From assembly GCA_963790025.1 (NCBI GenBank), contig CAWBMP010000005.1, positions 1 through 64,000 on the forward strand: DNA of 64,000 nt. The letters are read 5' to 3'. The stretch is from Nitrospirota bacterium (GTDB taxonomy: Bacteria > Nitrospirota > Thermodesulfovibrionia > Thermodesulfovibrionales > Dissulfurispiraceae). Every line of letters starts with the position of its first letter. Within the stretch, counting starts at the first letter, position 1. The position numbers were made by a program, and so were the translations under genes. This document shows positions 40,739 through 50,807 of the stretch, one piece after another. The notes under the pieces were generated by a model that ran no database searches, had not been told where the DNA came from, and worked only from the letters and a program-made list of their open reading frames with translations.

Positions 40739-43023
40739 ACTTGTATTTTCGATCTGTCAAGAATTGACAAGCTATCGTTCAAGGGAATCTCTGCAAAGAT
40801 CTTAGTTCCGGTTTCTGGAACGCTCTCGATTGTCAGATTGCCGCCCAACAATGCGACTCTTTCATACATACCGGCTATGCCGAGAGTATTCTTACTGCTT
40901 AATGCGGCATCAACATTGAATCCATTCCCTGCATCATTTACCTGGACACAGAGCAAGTCGTTCTTCACAAAAATCACAACTTCCGCTTTAACTGTTGAGG
41001 CATGGCGTACTATATTGGTCATTGCTTCTTGCACAATACGATAAGCTGCTGTTTCAATTTCAGGATCAAAACGTCTGTTCAGCCCTGAATGCTTGAATAT
41101 CAAATCAATATTCGTTCTGCTTTTAAATCGCTTGAAATGCCATAAAAGAGCCTCCAGTAAACCTAAATCGTCCAGCATTGAAGGCCGCAGGTCGAGAGAC
41201 AAGTTCCTTACCATTTCCATAAGATCTCCGATGGATTGATGAACTTCTCGAAGATTTACTGTGATGCCTTCTGAGGTTGTGTCAGCCGCCATTTCCAGAG
41301 AAAGCTTGATTCCGGTGAGTGCCTGGCCGATTTCATCGTGCAGTTCCCGGGCAATAGAACGGCGTTCAACCTCTTGTACATGAAACAGCAGAGCGGGAAG
41401 TGCACGCAACTGCTCTGCATACTCTCTCAGTTTGTTCTCAGCAGCTTTTTTTTCGGTGATGTCCTGGACAACACCGGCAAGCCGAAACACCTTGCCCTGT
41501 ACATTCAATTGTGGGGCGCAAATAGTAATAATAATACGCTCTTCTCCGCTTGGAAGTATAATGCGCAATTCAAGTTCGTATGGTTCACCATTTTCTATAG
41601 CCGCCTGTACCGCATTATCAAATCGCTCCCAATCATCAGGATCAATGTACTTCCTGTGTTCATCATAAGTTGGAGGTCCGAGCTTTGAATCCAGCCCCCA
41701 GACATGGAACATTCCTTCAGACCATGTAGGTTGTTCAGTCGCAGGATCATAGCTCCAACTCCCTAAACGAGCTATCTGTTGCGCCCACAGTAAGTCACGC
41801 TCACTGTCACGCAGAGCCTCCTCTGTTCTCTTGCGATCGCTAATGTCATTTAACAAAGCGACAAAATAATCAACAGCGCCATCTTTGTTCCGAACACAAT
41901 TGACCGACAAATTCGTATATACAGCAGTTCCGTTTTTGCGGACAAACCGCTTGTCCATTGTATATCCTTCAATTTCACCTGCAAGAACACGGTTGAATTG
42001 CTCAACATCAGGCGCAAGATCATCAGGATGGGTGATTGCAGACCATGTAATTCGTGAAAGTTCTTCCCGTGAATACCCCAACATCTCACACAGTTTATTA
42101 TTAAACTGCAACCACCCTTTATCAGGTAAAGTAATAGCCATTCCTATAAAAGGAAGTTCATAGAAAATTCTCATACTCTCTTCGCTCTTCTTCAGTGCCT
42201 TTTCTGCACGTTTCCGCTCTGTGACATCGTGGATAATTGAATGGAGATACTTATGTTCTTTGATCATAATCATGCTGCTATGCACCTCAACGTCTCTGAC
42301 TGAACCGTCTGAGAGGCGGTGCTGGAAATCAAAAACGGTTTGCTCATTACTGGCAGCCGCCTTAATCTGCTCATCGACTTTGCAGCCGGGCAACATGTTT
42401 ATTTGTTGTATTCTCATTTGAGTCAGTGTTTTGCGAGACCAACCATAGAAGGCGGCTGCGGCATCGTTAGCGTTTACTATTACGCCTGTATCAGGATCAA
42501 TGACAAGTTTTACCGTGGCATGGTTTTCAAATAGGCTCCTGAATGTTTCCTCGCTCTCTCGTAAAGCTTTGTCGGCTAAAGTTAACTCTGCCGTTCGTTC
42601 CTGAACGCGCTTCTCCATTTCTGCATTTGCTTGAGTAAGTTTCTCCTGAGCCTGTTTACGCTTTGTAATCTCACGGTGCAATTTCTCAGTTATTACTGAT
42701 ATCATTATGCAACTTACAACGAAAGCACCCAAGGCATGGCGTTCAGGAGAGGACATGAAGCCCAACTGTATCCAGCAGTAACTCAGCGAAGCAGAAAGGA
42801 CAGTGGCCAGCAGTCCTGCATCAACCCCCCCGCAAAGGGCGGCTAACATCACTGCCGGATAATACGTAAGGTAAGGGATGCCTCTGCCAAGACCTGCAAA
42901 TAACGCTGCACGCAGGGCGCTTGCAACGGCAATGATAAGAATGGCAACAAAATACTTTTGAGCTTTGTGGCGAGCTATCTTACTCCAGTCCATGCTTCCC
43001 CATATTTTTGCCATGCCGGGCAT
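40735..43023 (-). CDS. sensor histidine kinase (DUF4118-like TM domain, three PAS, HisKA_3)
   Basis: ERRSIARELHDEIGQ, RIVQEAMTNIVRHA, D.G.GF. Start uncertain. Confidence 0.92.
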   Translation of the reverse strand: MPGMAKIWGSMDWSKIARHKAQKYFVAILIIAVASALRAALFAGLGRGIPYLTYYPAVMLAALCGGVDAGLLATVLSASLSYCWIQLGFMSSPERHALGAFVVSCIMISVITEKLHREITKRKQAQEKLTQANAEMEKRVQERTAELTLADKALRESEETFRSLFENHATVKLVIDPDTGVIVNANDAAAAFYGWSRKTLTQMRIQQINMLPGCKVDEQIKAAASNEQTVFDFQHRLSDGSVRDVEVHSSMIMIKEHKYLHSIIHDVTERKRAEKALKKSEESMRIFYELPFIGMAITLPDKGWLQFNNKLCEMLGYSREELSRITWSAITHPDDLAPDVEQFNRVLAGEIEGYTMDKRFVRKNGTAVYTNLSVNCVRNKDGAVDYFVALLNDISDRKRTEEALRDSERDLLWAQQIARLGSWSYDPATEQPTWSEGMFHVWGLDSKLGPPTYDEHRKYIDPDDWERFDNAVQAAIENGEPYELELRIILPSGEERIIITICAPQLNVQGKVFRLAGVVQDITEKKAAENKLREYAEQLRALPALLFHVQEVERRSIARELHDEIGQALTGIKLSLEMAADTTSEGITVNLREVHQSIGDLMEMVRNLSLDLRPSMLDDLGLLEALLWHFKRFKSRTNIDLIFKHSGLNRRFDPEIETAAYRIVQEAMTNIVRHASTVKAEVVIFVKNDLLCVQVNDAGNGFNVDAALSSKNTLGIAGMYERVALLGGNLTIESVPETGTKIFAEIPLNDSLSILDRSKIQV

Positions 43024-43063
43024 ACTGAAGACGAGAAGCGTTTAACTTCGATGGATTCTTCTC

Positions 43064-44470
43064 CTAAGTCCGCGCAAGCCCCGTCTTTTTTGCTGTTTCC
43101 GCAACTGCATGCGCTACTGCCGGAACGACTTTCCTGTCGAAAATGCTCGGTATGATATAGTCTTCGTGCAGTTCATCATCTTTTACGGTATAGGCTATGG
43201 CTTTTGCAGCGGCCAATTTCACTTCTTCATTCACGCCCCTGGCCCTTACGTCCAGTAATCCCCTGAATATTCCGGGAAAGCAAAGCATATTATTTATCTG
43301 GTTGGGATAATCGGAGCGGCCGGTGGCGAGTATTCTTACCAGCGGGAGCGCATCTTCAGGCGCTATCTCCGGTTCGGGATTTGCCAGGGCAAACACTATC
43401 GGTTCTTTTGCCATAGTGCGTATGTCGTCCTGTGTCATGACATTCGGAACGGAAAGTCCCAGGAAGACATTGGCTCCCCTTAGGGCCTCGGCAAGGTCCC
43501 CCTTGATTTTTCTCGGGTTTGTCTTTTTGGAGAGGGTCTTTTTATAGGGGTTCATATGACTCGTTCTTCCTTCGTAAATTGCACCCGCCGTGTCGCATAC
43601 TATTACGTCCCGTACGCCATAAGCTGATAGCATCCAGGCATTGGCCATGCCTGCCGCACCGGCCCCCGAGATCACGACTTTTAATTTTTTTACATCTTTT
43701 TTGAGCAGCCGCCCGACGTTAATAAGAGCTGCAAGTGCAACAACGGCTGTTCCGTGCTGGTCGTCATGGAAGACGGGAATATCGCAAAGCTCCCTCAGTC
43801 GCCGCTCTATCTCGAAGCACCTCGGCGCGGATATATCTTCGAGATTAATACCGCCAAAGGGTGTCGTAATGGTTTTGACTGCAGCGATGATCTCTTCGGT
43901 ATCTTTAGTATTCAGGGGGATAGGAAATGCATCGATCCCGGCAAATTCTTTGAAGATCATGGCCTTGCCTTCCATAACAGGCAGTGCCGCTACCGGGCCT
44001 ATATCGCCTAAACCGAGCACAGCAGTGCCATCGGTTATGACGGCAACGCAGTTTCCTTTTATCGTGTACCGATAAGCGTGGTCAATACAGTCATGAAGAT
44101 CCCTGCATACTCTTGCAACGCCTGGCGTATAGACCTTGGAAAGATCATTTCTATCCCTTACGGGAATTTTCGGGCGGATCTCGATTTTGCCGCCTTCGTG
44201 AGCGGAAAAAGTGCGGTCCATAACTCTGAGGACTTTTACCCCGCTGATGTCTTTTATTGCTTTGACGATTCTTTTTTCATGCGCCTCATCGCGGGCATTT
44301 GCAGTTATGTCTCTGATGATCTTTCCCTTTTCCGCCCGGACGATATCAATGGAACCGAGATCACCCCCTGTCTGGCTGATTGCGGTGGCTATTTGGGCGA
44401 ACATACCGATACGGTTTTCAATTTCTGCTCTAATCGTGATGCTGTAACTTGGACTCGGGACGTGTGCCAT
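43064..44470 (-). CDS. NAD(P)-dependent malic enzyme with an N-terminal ACT domain
   Basis: YTPGVA, DGTAVLGLG, MEGKA, HDDQHGTA, ATGRSDYPNQINN. Confidence 0.92.
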   Translation of the reverse strand: MAHVPSPSYSITIRAEIENRIGMFAQIATAISQTGGDLGSIDIVRAEKGKIIRDITANARDEAHEKRIVKAIKDISGVKVLRVMDRTFSAHEGGKIEIRPKIPVRDRNDLSKVYTPGVARVCRDLHDCIDHAYRYTIKGNCVAVITDGTAVLGLGDIGPVAALPVMEGKAMIFKEFAGIDAFPIPLNTKDTEEIIAAVKTITTPFGGINLEDISAPRCFEIERRLRELCDIPVFHDDQHGTAVVALAALINVGRLLKKDVKKLKVVISGAGAAGMANAWMLSAYGVRDVIVCDTAGAIYEGRTSHMNPYKKTLSKKTNPRKIKGDLAEALRGANVFLGLSVPNVMTQDDIRTMAKEPIVFALANPEPEIAPEDALPLVRILATGRSDYPNQINNMLCFPGIFRGLLDVRARGVNEEVKLAAAKAIAYTVKDDELHEDYIIPSIFDRKVVPAVAHAVAETAKKTGLART

Positions 44471-44589
44471 TGTTACCCCCCCCTTAAATGTGTACTGCAC
44501 AGAGCGTTCAACCTTAAGCCAAAAAACAAATCAGCACAATACCGATGTTATTTACGCGGGATGCCGGACCCTGTACGCTGTACGCTTTC

Positions 44590-44619
44590 ATTATAGTTTT
44601 CGCAGGATTTTTTAGTCAA
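44590..44619 (-). promoter_or_regulatory. sigma-70 promoter of the malic enzyme gene
   Basis: Minus-strand TTGACT-N18-TATAAT. Confidence 0.65.
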
Positions 44620-44802
44620 TCTACTATAAGGAGACGAATAATGCTAACTATAATAAAATAAATTTGGCACTGCAACAGAAGTAGTTTCAGCGCGTCGAGA
44701 AACGAGTCATTCCCCTTCTTACGCCTTCATCAAATGGATTTTTTTGAACAAATATGTAATTATGTAGTACTCTGTTTATAATAACCTAATGAGGAGGGTT
44801 TT

Positions 44803-45993
44803 ATGAAACGTCTGTCGCTCTTTATGATTGGGTTTTTCGTTTTTAGTATGCTTTCCGTCAGCGTATATGCTGCAGAGCCTATTAGTCTGAGCATCCCGCT
44901 GCCGCTGACCGGATCAGAGGCCAAATTCGGCGACATACAGAAAAGATCGTATGAGATAGCTGCACAGGAGATTAATGCCAAAGGCGGCGTAAAGGGAAGG
45001 AAACTTGTCTTAACTTTTGAAGACTCAGAGGGGAAACCGGAAATCGCCCGGTCGATTGTCGAGAAAATGATAGATGTAAAAAAACAGCCTGTCATAGTCG
45101 GTGAGTATACATCGCAATGCGCCAAGGCAGTTGCGGCAGTTGCGGAAGAGAGAAAGGTGCCTTACCTCGTGGTTGCGAGCGCATCAGATGATATCACACA
45201 GAAACATTATAAATATGTTTACAGGCTGAATCCTACCAATGCCCACTACGCAGATGGCGTTATATCGTTTCTTCAACAGGTGGTGAAGCCCAAAACTATG
45301 GCAATATTATATGAGAGTTCCGACTTCGGGACTTCCGGGGCCGAAGATATGGCGAAGCAGGCGGCAAGGATAGGCATAAGGGTCCTGCTTAAGGAGAAGT
45401 ACGCAAAAGGAGCTGTAGATTTCAAACCCATACTCTCAAAGGTCAAGTCTGAGAGGCCTGATGTTATTTACATGGTTTCTTATGTCATGGATGCCGCCCT
45501 GCTTATGCGGCAGATAAAGGAGCTGAGGATCGATGCAAAGCTTTTTGCCGGTGGCGCTGCGGGATTTGCCATCCCTGAATTCATTGAGAATGCGAAAGAC
45601 GCCGCCGAATATGTTATTACTGCCACGCTGTGGAGCCCTAAACTCAATTATCCCGGTTCGAAGCAATATGCTGACAAGTATAAGGCAAAATACGGCACCT
45701 ACCCGTCATATCACGGGGCAGCAGCTTATTCAGCGCTCTATGTGATAAAGGATGCGCTCCAGAGGGCAAGAAGCATGAAACCCGACGACATCCGTGATGC
45801 GCTTAAGGCAACAAACATGATGACAGCTTTCGGTCCGGTAAAATTCGAGGACAAGGAAGGCTACCAGAACCAGAACTTTATCAATACCCTTGTCCTGCAG
45901 GTCATTAAGGGTGAACATGAGACGATATGGCCGCTCAGTATTGCGACCATTAAATATATTTATCCTATACCTTTATGGAGGGATAGGAAATAA
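44803..45993 (+). CDS. branched-chain amino acid-type ABC substrate-binding protein
   Basis: Signal peptide, PLTG, EINAKGGVKG..L...ED. Confidence 0.9.
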   Translation: MKRLSLFMIGFFVFSMLSVSVYAAEPISLSIPLPLTGSEAKFGDIQKRSYEIAAQEINAKGGVKGRKLVLTFEDSEGKPEIARSIVEKMIDVKKQPVIVGEYTSQCAKAVAAVAEERKVPYLVVASASDDITQKHYKYVYRLNPTNAHYADGVISFLQQVVKPKTMAILYESSDFGTSGAEDMAKQAARIGIRVLLKEKYAKGAVDFKPILSKVKSERPDVIYMVSYVMDAALLMRQIKELRIDAKLFAGGAAGFAIPEFIENAKDAAEYVITATLWSPKLNYPGSKQYADKYKAKYGTYPSYHGAAAYSALYVIKDALQRARSMKPDDIRDALKATNMMTAFGPVKFEDKEGYQNQNFINTLVLQVIKGEHETIWPLSIATIKYIYPIPLWRDRK

Positions 45994-46014
45994 GCTGCCG
46001 AGGGTAGAAACGCA

Positions 46015-46953
46015 ATGTCAACGGGTGATCTTGAACTCTTTTTGCAGACGCTCATAGCGGGCTTTCTGCTCGGAGGACTCTATGCACTGATAGGACTCGG
46101 AATGGCGCTCATACTGGGCGTGATGAAGATCATCAATCTCGCCCATGGCGACATGATGATGGTCGCCATGTACATCGCATATGTGCTGTTTCAGTTTATT
46201 CACATAGACCCTTACATTTCAGTTTTTATTGCAGTACCGATTCTCTTTATATTGGGTGCCGGGCTCCAGAAGTTTCTCATCACCCCCGTGCTTAAGGTGG
46301 AATCGATACTGCCTCATAACCAGGTCATTCTTACGGTCGGGATCGGGATCGTGCTGTCGAATCTTGCGACGGTAATTTTCAAGTCGGACTATCTCTCAAT
46401 CCCTGTTTCTTATGCAACAAAGGCATGGTATCTGAGTGATTTCTGGAAAGGCTCTCCGATTGAACTCTCTCTTTCATTTGCATGGTCGGTCTCATTTCTG
46501 ATTTCAATTGCCTTAACAGGAATGCTGTGGTTTTTTCTTTCCAGGACCGATACGGGAAAGTCCATCAGGGCAACGGCCCAGGATCTGGATGCCGCGCTGC
46601 TCATGGGTGTCAATGTAAATCGTATGCGTATGCTGACCTTCGGTCTCGGCAGCGCCCTTGTCGGCGCTGCCGGTTGTCTCTTTATTCCCATTTATTACCT
46701 TTATCCATCTCTCGGCAAGCAGTTCACGAATATTGCCTTCGTTATCACTATCCTGGGCGGCCTTGGCTCGACCGAAGGAGCTATTATCGGCGGCATTATA
46801 CTCGGTATTTTCGAGTCCATGACCGCAACTTATCTCGGCATGGGTTGGGCTCCGGTCGGCAGGTTCGTCATATTTGTAGCGGCCCTTATCTTCCTGCCCG
46901 GAGGGGTGGCGTCGCTGATGAAGCGCCGGAGGCTAAGTGTGATAGCCAAATGA
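46015..46953 (+). CDS. livH: branched-chain amino acid ABC permease
   Basis: YALIGLG...INLAHG, G.SIRA.AQD..AA.LMG. Confidence 0.88.
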   Translation: MSTGDLELFLQTLIAGFLLGGLYALIGLGMALILGVMKIINLAHGDMMMVAMYIAYVLFQFIHIDPYISVFIAVPILFILGAGLQKFLITPVLKVESILPHNQVILTVGIGIVLSNLATVIFKSDYLSIPVSYATKAWYLSDFWKGSPIELSLSFAWSVSFLISIALTGMLWFFLSRTDTGKSIRATAQDLDAALLMGVNVNRMRMLTFGLGSALVGAAGCLFIPIYYLYPSLGKQFTNIAFVITILGGLGSTEGAIIGGIILGIFESMTATYLGMGWAPVGRFVIFVAALIFLPGGVASLMKRRRLSVIAK

Positions 46954-47888
46954 AAAAGTTCGGCCCCTTTATAGTTCTCGCCCTGCTGTCGCTCGTGCCT
47001 TTTTTGGGACTTAGCAGCTACATGATGCACATTTTCATCCTTGTCATCATGTGGTCGGTAATAGGCATGTCGTGGAACCTGCTGGGCGGCTACTGCGGCC
47101 AGGTGTCGTTCGGTCATGCCGCATTCTTCGGTATGGGCGCCTATACAGCGGGGATATTTTACTATAAGCTCGGGTTGTCCGCATGGTGGGGATTGCCTTT
47201 GAGCATAGCTGTCGTGGCGGTTTTTTCTCTGGTGTTCGGATTTATTGTTCTCAGGCTTCGGGGCCCTTATTTCACTCTTTCAACCCTTGCGATAGGAGAG
47301 GTGATGAGAGTGACAGCGGAAAACCTGCAGGATTTTACGCAGGGCAATCTCGGGATAATGATACAAGAGAGAACATGGGTAACTAAAATATGGTACTACT
47401 ATATCATATTGGTCGTGGCCGCGTGCGCCTTCTTTCTAGTAAGGAAAGTGATAGGGTCGAAACTCGGCTACTATTTCGTGGCGATCAGGGAGGACATAGA
47501 TGCGGCGGAATCGCTGGGCATCAATACCACTTTGTATAAAACTATCGCGCTCTGCCTGAGCGGCATTCTTACCGGGCTTGCCGGCGCGTTCTACACAAAT
47601 TATATGGGGTATATTGACCCGGAGGTGGTTTTCCCGCTTTATGACATATCGATTGTCACTGTAATGGTTGTCATGATTGGCGGGGTCGCGACTTTCTGGG
47701 GGCCGTTTGTCGGCGCGGTAATTATGGTGTTGTTCTCCGAACTTATCCGCTCCCTCCCTTTACTGGGTCCGGCACACCAGACCTTTTTCGGGATACTTTT
47801 AATAATTATTATAATCTTCCTGCCAAACGGTATCGTCGGTGATTTTAAAAAGCTGAAAAGGCTTGTCGGCCTGGGAGGCACTCCGTAA
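46950..47888 (+). CDS. livM: branched-chain amino acid ABC permease
   Basis: GQVSFGHAAFFGMGAY, LRGPYF, AIRED..AA. ATG overlaps the livH stop. Confidence 0.88.
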   Translation: MKKFGPFIVLALLSLVPFLGLSSYMMHIFILVIMWSVIGMSWNLLGGYCGQVSFGHAAFFGMGAYTAGIFYYKLGLSAWWGLPLSIAVVAVFSLVFGFIVLRLRGPYFTLSTLAIGEVMRVTAENLQDFTQGNLGIMIQERTWVTKIWYYYIILVVAACAFFLVRKVIGSKLGYYFVAIREDIDAAESLGINTTLYKTIALCLSGILTGLAGAFYTNYMGYIDPEVVFPLYDISIVTVMVVMIGGVATFWGPFVGAVIMVLFSELIRSLPLLGPAHQTFFGILLIIIIIFLPNGIVGDFKKLKRLVGLGGTP

Positions 47889-48604
47889 TGCTCGAAGTGA
47901 AAAATATTTCGATGTTTTTCGGCGGCCTCGCGGCAATCAGCGATATTTCTTTTTCCGTCAATAGAGGGGAAATACTTGCTCTTATCGGACCGAACGGCGC
48001 CGGGAAAACTACGCTCTTCAATGTGGTTGACGGCTTTTACAAGCCCTCAAAAGGAGAAGTATTCTTTAACGGTACAAAGATCTCGCATTTGAAGACACAC
48101 CAGATATGCAAACTCGGCATCGCCAGGACATTTCAGGTCGTAAAGCCGCTTCAGAGGATGACGGTGCTCGACAATGTGATAGCCTCGGCCTTTATCAGGG
48201 CCGCAAATAAAACACAGGCCAAAGAAATTGCCCACGACATACTTGAATTTACCCAGCTCTACGATGACAGGGATGTCATTTCAAAGGGGCTCCCGCTCGG
48301 CAAACGCAAGCGGCTTGAGATTGCCAGGGCACTTGCCACACAGCCTGACATGCTGCTGCTTGACGAGTCTTTTGCGGGGCTGAACCCCTCAGAGCTGAAC
48401 GAGTCGATAGAGATTATTAGAAAAATAAATGCAAAAGGGATCACCATGATGATTATCGAGCACCACATGAAAGTCGTTATGGCTATATCGGACCGGATAG
48501 TCGTTATTAACTACGGACAGAAGATTGCCGAGGGCACCCCACTCGATATCGGCCACGACCCGCTTGTAATCGAAGCATATCTGGGCGAGGCGACCGTTGC
48601 TTGA
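47888..48604 (+). CDS. livG: branched-chain amino acid ABC ATPase
   Basis: GPNGAGKTT, GIARTFQ, IEHHM, AYLG. Confidence 0.9.
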   Translation: MLEVKNISMFFGGLAAISDISFSVNRGEILALIGPNGAGKTTLFNVVDGFYKPSKGEVFFNGTKISHLKTHQICKLGIARTFQVVKPLQRMTVLDNVIASAFIRAANKTQAKEIAHDILEFTQLYDDRDVISKGLPLGKRKRLEIARALATQPDMLLLDESFAGLNPSELNESIEIIRKINAKGITMMIIEHHMKVVMAISDRIVVINYGQKIAEGTPLDIGHDPLVIEAYLGEATVA

Positions 48605-49301
48605 GATACGGAATATAGATGTTTTTTATGGGGACGTCCAGGTCCTATGGGATGTTTCATTTGAGGTGAAAAGGGCCGAAGTGGTTGCCCTGATAGGCGC
48701 AAATGGGGCTGGAAAGTCAACCATACTCAAGACCATTTCTGGAATTCTTCGGCCTGTAAATGGGGCTGTGATTTTTGAGGACGCGCCTATACACGAGGTC
48801 GAACCTTTTATGCTTATTGAAAAAGGGATAGCCCATGTGCCCGAGGCTAGAAGACTTTTTGTGGACATGACAGTCGAGGAAAACCTCGATATGGGATCGT
48901 TGAAGGGAGAGGCAAAGGCACGGAGAAGCAGCAACAAGAATATGGTTTTTGAAATTTTTCGGAGGCTACGGGAGAGGAGAAGGCAGCGGGCCGGAACGTT
49001 AAGCGGCGGGGAACAGCAGATGCTTGCCATAGGCAGGGGCCTGATGGCAATGCCCAAACTTCTTATGTTTGATGAGCCGTCGCTCGGGCTGGCGCCTATC
49101 CTTGTCAGGGAGATATTTAACGTTATAAAGAGAATCAGAGAGGAAGGCACCACTGTGCTTATTGTGGAACAAAACGTCAAACAAACCCTCTCCATAGCCG
49201 ACAGGGCCTACGTACTCGAAAACGGGAAAATAGTGCTGCATGGTACCGGCAAATCCCTGCTGGGTGATGAACACGTTAAAAAGGCATACATGGGAGTATA
49301 A
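48597..49301 (+). CDS. livF: branched-chain amino acid ABC ATPase
   Basis: GANGAGKST, LSGGEQQML, DEPSLGLAP, VEQN. Confidence 0.9.
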   Translation: MLEIRNIDVFYGDVQVLWDVSFEVKRAEVVALIGANGAGKSTILKTISGILRPVNGAVIFEDAPIHEVEPFMLIEKGIAHVPEARRLFVDMTVEENLDMGSLKGEAKARRSSNKNMVFEIFRRLRERRRQRAGTLSGGEQQMLAIGRGLMAMPKLLMFDEPSLGLAPILVREIFNVIKRIREEGTTVLIVEQNVKQTLSIADRAYVLENGKIVLHGTGKSLLGDEHVKKAYMGV

Positions 49302-49327
49302 AAAAGGTAAAAGGTGATTTTTAGGAG

Positions 49328-49978
49328 GTGCACGTGTTCGTATCTGATTGGATGACAATAAGAGTATATACGGTCGAGATTGACGACAGCGTTATGGATG
49401 CAGTGAAGGTGATGAAAGAAAAAGGCATCAAGCACCTTCCCGTGGTAAAAGGAGAGAAGATTAAAGGGATACTATCGGACAGGGACATAAAGGAATTTAC
49501 CCCATCGGCTGCGACCTCGCTCGATGTATATGAGCTGCATTATCTTCTTGAAAAAACCAAGGTCAAAGACATCATGAAGGCCGATGTTTTAACCACAACG
49601 CCTGATACCCCTGTGGAAGAAGCGGCAATGGTGCTTTACGACGAAATGATAGGATGCCTGCCCGCAGTGGAGAACGGCAAAATCGCGGGGATCATTTCGG
49701 ACAGGGACATTTTTCGTGCCCTCATCGACATCACCGGTGCCCGCTACGGCGGCAACAGGATATCCCTGGTACTTGAGGACAGTCCAGGTTCCATAAAAGA
49801 GGTTGCCGACATTATAAGAAAATACGGTTTTAGGCTGCAGGGCATCCTTACCTCCTATGCGGGTGTGCTCGAAGGACACAGGAACGTAGTGATTAGAACG
49901 AAAGGGAAGGGCAGTTTCATCGGGCTTAAAAATGAGCTTGAGAAAAAGTATTCTGATGCAAAGATAAGAAAAGGCTGA
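49328..49978 (+). CDS. CBS-pair plus ACT domain protein (AcuB-like)
   Basis: HLPVV...GILSDRD, IGCLP.V...GIISDRD, ACT EDSPG. Confidence 0.85.
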   Translation: MHVFVSDWMTIRVYTVEIDDSVMDAVKVMKEKGIKHLPVVKGEKIKGILSDRDIKEFTPSAATSLDVYELHYLLEKTKVKDIMKADVLTTTPDTPVEEAAMVLYDEMIGCLPAVENGKIAGIISDRDIFRALIDITGARYGGNRISLVLEDSPGSIKEVADIIRKYGFRLQGILTSYAGVLEGHRNVVIRTKGKGSFIGLKNELEKKYSDAKIRKG

Positions 49979-50029
49979 CTTGCGTTTTCTGTGTTATAAT
50001 ATCCGAAAAGAAAGGAAAGGGTTAACTCT

Positions 50030-50443
50030 ATAGAAAGTAAAGCCATAGCAATAAAGGCGGCGCAGGTGTCTTTAGATAAAAAGGCAAAGGATGTCCTGGT
50101 CCTAGAACTAAAGGCCCTCACAGTTATAGCAGATTACTTTGTCATCTGCTCCGGTGAAAGTACCACCCAGGTCAAAACAATCGCTGAACATATCAAAGAA
50201 ATTCTGAAAGAGGATGGAGCAAGTCCTTTGCGCGTCGAGGGCTTTGCGTATGCCCGGTGGATCTTAATGGATTACGGAGATTTGCTGGTCCACGTCTTTG
50301 AGGAAGACACAAGGCGTTATTATGAGCTTGAAAAGCTTTGGCTGGATGCGCCGAGGATACCGTTTGCCGATGAAAATAAGGATACTCTGGATAGGGAAGA
50401 CAAAAGAGCGATATCTAAACGAAGGGATAGAGCGTTACCTTAA
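50030..50443 (+). CDS. rsfS: ribosome silencing factor
   Basis: DKKA.DV, ADYFVICSG, WILMDYGD..VHVF...R.YYELEKLW. Proposed ATA start at 50030; first canonical start is GTG 50066. Confidence 0.9.
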   Translation: MESKAIAIKAAQVSLDKKAKDVLVLELKALTVIADYFVICSGESTTQVKTIAEHIKEILKEDGASPLRVEGFAYARWILMDYGDLLVHVFEEDTRRYYELEKLWLDAPRIPFADENKDTLDREDKRAISKRRDRALP

Positions 50444-50807
50444 AATGTTGGGCACCATGGCCCGGGTTTCCATTATTGAGATCAAAGAGCAGAAAGGCAA
50501 GAGCAGGGAAGATTCCCTTTCGGAAGAAAAGAGAAGAATATTGAAACAGACCCGGTCATACACTCTGCTTGACTTGGCGGGCAAGGAATTCACCTCGCCG
50601 GGGTTCGCCCGTTTTCTGCAGAAAAGAGACAGTATAGACTTTCTCATCGGTGGTCCTTATGGAGTTTCCGATGAGATAAGGGACAAGGCTGAACAGGTTA
50701 TCTCGCTGTCAAGAATGACCTTTACTCACGAGATGGTAAGGGTTTTTTTCCTTGAGCAGCTCTTTAGGGCCATGACGATTATTAATGGCAAGGAGTATCA
50801 CCATTGA
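50370..50807 (+). CDS. rlmH: 23S rRNA m3Psi1915 methyltransferase
   Basis: MKIRILWIGK, FLIGGPYG, SLSRMTFTH, EQLFRA...YHH. Confidence 0.92.
   Translation: MKIRILWIGKTKERYLNEGIERYLKMLGTMARVSIIEIKEQKGKSREDSLSEEKRRILKQTRSYTLLDLAGKEFTSPGFARFLQKRDSIDFLIGGPYGVSDEIRDKAEQVISLSRMTFTHEMVRVFFLEQLFRAMTIINGKEYHH

Noticed and set aside
46482..46949. Long N-terminal extension of livM in the ORF track
   Set aside because: Out-of-frame overlap with livH; the real start is ATG 46950.
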